DNA of 31,700 nucleotides from positions 62,001-93,700 of the forward strand of contig CAZBBK010000015.1 of the NCBI GenBank assembly GCA_964490075.1, written 5' to 3'. Position 1 is the first letter of the stretch; each line of letters opens with the position of its first letter. This DNA is from an uncultured Gemmatimonadota bacterium (lineage in GTDB: Bacteria; GCA-2686955). Positions 26,633-31,700 of the stretch are shown here, in pieces. The position numbers and the translations under genes are program-made. The notes below the pieces were generated by a model. That model did not search any database. It was not told the DNA's origin and saw only the letters and a list, made by a program, of their open reading frames with translations.

Positions 26633-28681
26633 ATGGAACCGAGACGCTCACTCTCACTGCTGCGATTCGAAGGCGCGTTGCGCTGCTCCCTGGTGCGCCG
26701 CCGGCTGGGCGATCTGCGCCGTGTCGCGCCGCTGGCCGCGGCGTTGCGCCGCCTCCCCGGTCCCTTGCGCTCGCTGCCGTTGCGCGTGCCGCGCCTGTGG
26801 TGGATTCGCTATCCGGTGACCGACATGCGGGTGGTGCGCGACACGCGCCCCTTCATCGGCGAGGGCTTCGGTCGCGCGCGGGTCCGCTTCGGCCATCCCT
26901 ACGGAGTGGCGGCGGGGCGCGGCGGCCGTTTCGTCGTCGCCGACACATTCAAAAACCGAGTGCTGCTCTTCGACTCCGAGGGTCGGGTGCGGCATCGCAT
27001 CCATCATGCCCGCGAGGGCCGGCTGCACCTGAACATGCCGATGAGCGTCGCCCTGGACCGCCAGGAGCGGGTGGTGGTTCTGAACAGCGGCGTCGGCGCG
27101 CTGCACCTCTACGACTCCCGGGGACGCTACCTTCGCGACATCTTGGCGCCGGGGGCGGGTCGGCTGGTCGGTGCGCGCGGGCTGGCCCTCGCCGGCGACC
27201 GCCGCATCTTGGTCTGCGACACTCGCAGGCACCGGTTGCTGGCCCTTGATGAGCGGGGCGAAGTCCTTGAGCAGCTGGCCGACTCCGATCTCTGTCGCTG
27301 GGGCTACGCCTACCCGATGGCAGTGACAGTCTCGCCCTCCGGCAGGATCGCGGTCTGCGACACACTGCACCACTCGGTCGCGCTCTTCGATTCCCACGGG
27401 CGCCACCAACGAACGATCGGCGGGCTAGGCGCCGACATGGGGCGCTTCAACGCGCCCGCGGCCTGCGCGTTCGGACCCGACGAGTCGTTGCTGGTCCTGG
27501 AATGGGCCGGCAACCGGCTACAGATTTTCACGCCCGAGGGTGAGTTCCAGGCCTGCTGGGGGCGCAGCGGCAGCTGGCTGCTCGGGCAGCGCCTCGGCGA
27601 GCTGTCGTGGGCGGGCGGCATGGCGATCGACGCCGAGCGGGGCCAGGTGCTGATCGCCGACACCCACAACCACCGCGTGCAACGCGTCCCCCTCCAGACA
27701 CTCGGCAAGTTGCGGTCGATGTCGCCCCCGCCGGCGCCGCGGCCGCCGCACACCGAGCGGCCGGCGCAATCCAAGGTCTCACCAGCGCCTGCGCTGCCGC
27801 GAGTGCGCTTCATCGAGACGCCACCGATCGAGCGCCGACTGAAATCCCCGCAAGGGCTGACGCGGATCGACGAAGACCAGGTGTGGATCGCCGACACATT
27901 TCACAATCGCGTGGTCCGCTGGGACACCCGCGGAACCCGAAGCGCTCCCCTGGGAAGGCTCGGCAAACGACCCGGCGAGTTCATCAATCCGACCGACGCC
28001 GCTCGGGTTCGCGATCGGATGCTGGTGGTCGACTCGCTGAACTCACGGATCCAACGCTTCACCCTGAGCGGCACTCCGGCCGGAATGCTGGAGATCCCCG
28101 ATCTGGAGCTGCCGCGCTCGATCGCCCATTGCGCGGAGGTGGGACTGGCGGTCGCCGAGCAGCTGCGCGGTCGGGTGCGGGTTTTCGATGCGGCGGGACG
28201 CCTGCTCTGGAGCACCGAGCGCGCGCAGGGCATGGTAGACCAGCCGGCCTGGATCCGCTGGCACCGGGGAGAGCTCTACGTGGCCGATGCCGGGCGCATG
28301 AGCATCGTAGTGTTCAGCGCCGCGGGCGAGTGCCTGCGCAGCTGGGGGCGGCTGGGCGCCGGGCCCGGCGATCTCAATCATCCCTACGCCCTGACCATCG
28401 TCGCCGATCGCTGGTGCGCGGTGGCCGACGCCGGCAATCATCGCATTCAGTTCTACACCACCGGCGGCCGCTGGCTGCAGGAGTGGCGGGGGGACAGCGA
28501 GCAGAGCAGGCTCTTCTACCCGCGGGGCCTGCTCTGGCATGCCGGTCGCCGGCGGCTCTTAGTCGCCGACTCGGAGCGCCATCGCCTGGTCGAGCTCGAG
28601 ATCGAGGCGCAGCCCCACGGCGCCCGCGAAGACGAGCGCCAACGCGGGCGAGCCGCCGCATCGATAGAGCCGGCGCATTGA
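26633..28681 (+). CDS. NHL-repeat (beta-propeller) protein; two repeat blocks joined by a Pro-rich linker
   Basis: Repeated P.GVA...ADT.N.RV motifs (VADTFKNRV, IADTHNHRV, IADTFHNRV, VADAGNHRI). Start uncertain; ATG 26825 is an alternative. Confidence 0.88.
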   Translation: MEPRRSLSLLRFEGALRCSLVRRRLGDLRRVAPLAAALRRLPGPLRSLPLRVPRLWWIRYPVTDMRVVRDTRPFIGEGFGRARVRFGHPYGVAAGRGGRFVVADTFKNRVLLFDSEGRVRHRIHHAREGRLHLNMPMSVALDRQERVVVLNSGVGALHLYDSRGRYLRDILAPGAGRLVGARGLALAGDRRILVCDTRRHRLLALDERGEVLEQLADSDLCRWGYAYPMAVTVSPSGRIAVCDTLHHSVALFDSHGRHQRTIGGLGADMGRFNAPAACAFGPDESLLVLEWAGNRLQIFTPEGEFQACWGRSGSWLLGQRLGELSWAGGMAIDAERGQVLIADTHNHRVQRVPLQTLGKLRSMSPPPAPRPPHTERPAQSKVSPAPALPRVRFIETPPIERRLKSPQGLTRIDEDQVWIADTFHNRVVRWDTRGTRSAPLGRLGKRPGEFINPTDAARVRDRMLVVDSLNSRIQRFTLSGTPAGMLEIPDLELPRSIAHCAEVGLAVAEQLRGRVRVFDAAGRLLWSTERAQGMVDQPAWIRWHRGELYVADAGRMSIVVFSAAGECLRSWGRLGAGPGDLNHPYALTIVADRWCAVADAGNHRIQFYTTGGRWLQEWRGDSEQSRLFYPRGLLWHAGRRRLLVADSERHRLVELEIEAQPHGAREDERQRGRAAASIEPAH

Positions 28682-28753
28682 GCGGGTCCCCAAGACCTCC
28701 ATCCACATCCCCTTCTTCCGACAGGCCGTGAAGGCCATTCCTGGGAGCCCAGC

Positions 28754-29809
28754 ATGGCTGGCTACGCTTCAGAAATCCGTACCGACTACCTGGCCCGGCG
28801 CAAAGACGCACTGCGCTGGCTGCGCCACCCCGATCTGCGCGGCCTGGGTCGCCAGGCCTACAAGTACCGCCCGCTGCGTGCGGCGGCGGGGCTGGTCCCC
28901 TGGCATCGGATCATCCCTTTCCCTCCCCACCTGAGCATCGAGCTCACCAATCGTTGCAACCTGAGCTGCCGGATGTGCCTGCGCTTCCATGTCGAGACCC
29001 GCAAGCTCGGCACGATGTCGCTGGGGCTCTTCCGCCGGATCATGGAGCAGGTCGCCGATGCGCCGGCGGCAGATGTCTTGTTGACCGGATTTGGTGAGCC
29101 CTTGTTGCACCCGCGTTTCGTCGAATGCCTGCAGTGCGCCGTGGACTGCGGAGTGCGCAACCTGCGCATCATCACCGCCGGCACCCTGCTGACCAGAGAG
29201 AAGGCCGATGCGATCCTCGACGCGGGACTCGCGAGCGTGCACTTCAGCATCGACGGCGACAGCCGCGACACCTACAACCAGATTCGCGTCGGCGGCGACT
29301 TCGAGCAGACGATCGACAACGTCCGCTATTTCCTCGCCGAGCGCGAGCGACGTGGACTGAGCCTCCCGCAGGTGACTCTGCGCACCATTCGCATGCCCGA
29401 AACCGCCCACGAGATCGAAGCGATCAAGGCCCGCTGGCAATCGATGCTCAGAGAGACCGACGACATCTGGGTCCAGGATCTGCTGCTGCCGGAAGTCGAC
29501 AACCGGATGCGCAGAGAGGATCGCGCCACCAGCGGTTCCGGCGGCAAGGGCGCCGCGCGGGGCTACCTGAACCCCTGCACCGTGCTCTGGAAGCGGCTGG
29601 GCGTGCGCTGGAACGGCGAGCTCGAGTTCTGCTGCGCCGCCGGCCGTCGCAGCGACCTGGGCTTGGGCTTGCGCTTCCCGGAGGTCTCGTTGAGCGACGC
29701 CTGGACCCACCCGGCGCTGAACCGCGTGCGGCGCCTGCACGCCGCCGGCCGGCGCGGAAGCGTCGAGGCTTGCCGCGGCTGCGACAACCTCACCTTCAAC
29801 GGGCTGTGA
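28754..29809 (+). CDS. Radical SAM protein with a C-terminal SPASM/twitch domain
   Basis: CNLSCRMC, GFGEPLLHP, FSIDG; auxiliary Cys pattern PC..LW...CC...CRGC. Confidence 0.9.
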   Translation: MAGYASEIRTDYLARRKDALRWLRHPDLRGLGRQAYKYRPLRAAAGLVPWHRIIPFPPHLSIELTNRCNLSCRMCLRFHVETRKLGTMSLGLFRRIMEQVADAPAADVLLTGFGEPLLHPRFVECLQCAVDCGVRNLRIITAGTLLTREKADAILDAGLASVHFSIDGDSRDTYNQIRVGGDFEQTIDNVRYFLAERERRGLSLPQVTLRTIRMPETAHEIEAIKARWQSMLRETDDIWVQDLLLPEVDNRMRREDRATSGSGGKGAARGYLNPCTVLWKRLGVRWNGELEFCCAAGRRSDLGLGLRFPEVSLSDAWTHPALNRVRRLHAAGRRGSVEACRGCDNLTFNGL

Positions 29810-29844
29810 GCGGCGGCGAGCGCTCCCCCGCAAACCAAGAAGAA

Positions 29845-29877
29845 GGGCACCCGGCATTGCGAAGATGCCGGGTGCCC
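29845..29877 (-). terminator. Intrinsic terminator-like hairpin between the convergent radical SAM and RRM genes
   Basis: GGGCACCCGGCAT-N7-ATGCCGGGTGCCC, a perfect 13-bp stem followed on the minus strand by TTCTTCTT. Confidence 0.7.
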
Positions 29878-29961
29878 ATCGTTTCGAGAGAGGTCCCTTC
29901 GCGCCCTTGCTGGCCTTTTTTGGCCTTCAGCCGCGTGGGGACATCTTCTCTACGTCGACCG

Positions 29962-30246
29962 TCAGCGGCGGGAACGCTGCTTGTAGCCTCCCCCCCCGCG
30001 GTCGGCTCGCGGCCGAGCCTCGTTGACCTTGAGCGATCGCCCGTCGACCTCGTGCCCATTCAGGCCCTCGATCGCGTTACGACCGTCGTCGTCACTGTTC
30101 ATCTCGACGAAACCGAAGCCTCTGGAACGGTCAGTCTCGCGGTCGATGATGACCTTCGCACTCGAAACTTCGCCGTACTCCTCGAAAACGTCGCGCAGGT
30201 CTTCATCGCGCATATTGTAGGGAAGATTTCCCACGTAGATATTCAT
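29962..30246 (-). CDS. RRM (RNP-1) RNA-binding protein with a Gly/Arg-rich tail
   Basis: MNIYVGNL (RNP2), RGFGFVEM (RNP1), LKVNEARPR; 94 aa from ATG 30246. Confidence 0.96.
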   Translation of the reverse strand: MNIYVGNLPYNMRDEDLRDVFEEYGEVSSAKVIIDRETDRSRGFGFVEMNSDDDGRNAIEGLNGHEVDGRSLKVNEARPRADRGGGGYKQRSRR

Positions 30247-30470
30247 TCTTGCTCTCTTTGGCGCCATGTCGAAGAGTCGTAGCACTCGCCCATGGCGCCC
30301 AGGGTTGGCCGAATGCGATTCTCGCTTCCGAGCCGGCCTGATGCCATGTTGCGGAGGAGGTGGGCACAGGGTGGGACCATGGGTCCGCCCGCGTCCGCCT
30401 CGACCGAACTTCAAGCCCATCGGCGAGAGGGAACCTTGAGAGTAACACCTCGCCGGCCGTCCATTGGGAA

Positions 30471-31547
30471 ATGACAGCTTCCGGTGGCGCACCCCGCCCG
30501 TTCTCGACCCCATCGACCCCTTCCTCGCGCTGGGCGCCCCGCCTGCGGCTCGCCGCGCGCTATCTCTCTCGTGCCGAGCATGGGATCCCCGGACCGCTCT
30601 CGATCCTGATCGAGACCACGGTGCGCTGCAATCTGCGCTGCCCGATGTGCCCGCGAACGCTCGCCGGCACCACCAAGGGCGATCTTCCGACCGAGCTGAT
30701 CCTCAAGGTGCTCGACGAGATGGCGGGGCGGGGCGACCTGGTCTTCCTCTATGGGCTGGGGGAGCCGCTCCTGGACGAGAGGATCTACTCTCTGGTGGCC
30801 GAGTGCCGGCGGCGGAAGCTGGTGTCTCTGCTCTCCACCAACGCGACTCTGCTGGACCAGCGCGCGGCCCGGCGCTTGATCGACGAGGCCCGGCCCGATC
30901 ACCTGATCATCGGTCTCGACGGCGCCTCGGCCGCCACCTACGAGCGCTACCGGAGCCCGGCGCGCTACCGCGACGTGATCGCCAACATCGAGAGCTTCCT
31001 GGAGCTCAAGCTGCGCGCCCGCTCTTCGATCCGGGTCGCGGTGCAGATGATCCGCTTGCGCCACAACCATCACGAGGTCGATGATTTCCTGCGCCTCTGG
31101 CGGCGCCCCGGCGTCGACTCGGTGCGCATCAAGGAGGAGGATATCGGTCTGCCGGATACGGCCGGGGTCGAGCCCGACGGCGACCTGCGTCGCAACCCTT
31201 GCCACCTGCTCTACCGCGGCCCGATGGTGGTGCGCCACACCGGCAAGGTCTACCCCTGCTACGCCGGCGCCGAGAGCTTCGACGCGCTGGGAGATGCGCG
31301 GGAGCAGACCGTCGAGGAGATCTGGAACGGTCCCAGAATGCGGAAACTGCGGAATGCGCACGCGAGGGGTGGGGCGGCGCGCATCCCCGAGTGCGCGCGC
31401 TGTGCCTCGCCGCGGCCGCGCGTTCCGCTGGTGGTGGGCAGCCTGCTGGCCCCGAGCCACCTGGTGCGCAGCGTGATCCCCTGGTTCGAGCGCGCCGCTC
31501 TGCGCTTCCGCGCGCCCTTTAGCGAGCGACGTCGAAAGCGTTTCTGA
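30471..31547 (+). CDS. Radical SAM protein with a C-terminal SPASM/twitch domain
   Basis: CNLRCPMC, GLGEPLLD, STNA, GLDG; auxiliary Cys pattern PC..LY...PC...IWNG...CARC. Start uncertain. Confidence 0.9.
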   Translation: MTASGGAPRPFSTPSTPSSRWAPRLRLAARYLSRAEHGIPGPLSILIETTVRCNLRCPMCPRTLAGTTKGDLPTELILKVLDEMAGRGDLVFLYGLGEPLLDERIYSLVAECRRRKLVSLLSTNATLLDQRAARRLIDEARPDHLIIGLDGASAATYERYRSPARYRDVIANIESFLELKLRARSSIRVAVQMIRLRHNHHEVDDFLRLWRRPGVDSVRIKEEDIGLPDTAGVEPDGDLRRNPCHLLYRGPMVVRHTGKVYPCYAGAESFDALGDAREQTVEEIWNGPRMRKLRNAHARGGAARIPECARCASPRPRVPLVVGSLLAPSHLVRSVIPWFERAALRFRAPFSERRRKRF

Positions 31548-31700
31548 CTCTGCCCCGGCGGCGGCTGCGCGGACCCCAGGGGCGCATTGCTGGGTTCAGC
31601 GTGTCAGCGCCCCGGCAATGCCGAGAATTGACGTCCGGGCGCTCAGGTAGATGTGCTTGCCACACGCTTTCCATCCGCGACCGGCGTAGAAACCCAGGAC

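Noticed and set aside
31628-31653. Sigma-70 promoter TTGACG...TAGATG
   Set aside because: The spacer is only 14 bp and the downstream gene is outside the window.

Overview
GC-rich bacterial window (GC judged high by eye, not computed) with about 20 genes and no recognisable rRNA, tRNA, CRISPR array or transposase. The left part (1-11.6 kb) holds the 5' end of a Hanks-type Ser/Thr kinase, a secreted S8 subtilase whose C-terminus carries a tandem 10-aa repeat (GGLLAMLDAN), a large secreted beta-helix protein, an aldehyde dehydrogenase, a 282-bp MITE-like element with nested CGTC-type REP palindromes, a TldD/TldE pair in which TldD has a Tat signal, and two tandem small secreted paralogs, one frameshifted. 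The middle holds a broken asparagine-synthase-like gene, a lipoprotein MsrAB, a flippase-like protein with a B12-radical SAM, and two tandem secreted beta-helix paralogs, each behind a sigma-54-like promoter; the first has an in-frame TAG. The right part is a tailoring-enzyme cluster (DegT aminotransferase, carbamoyltransferase, atypical sulfatase-like lipoprotein, NHL protein, two SPASM/twitch radical SAMs) interrupted by an RRM gene. The most notable signals are the protease-fused repeat array, the MITE/REP composite, two in-frame amber codons hidden by the ORF track, the Tat-exported TldD and three sigma-54-like promoters. All calls come from motif recognition by eye; no searches were run.
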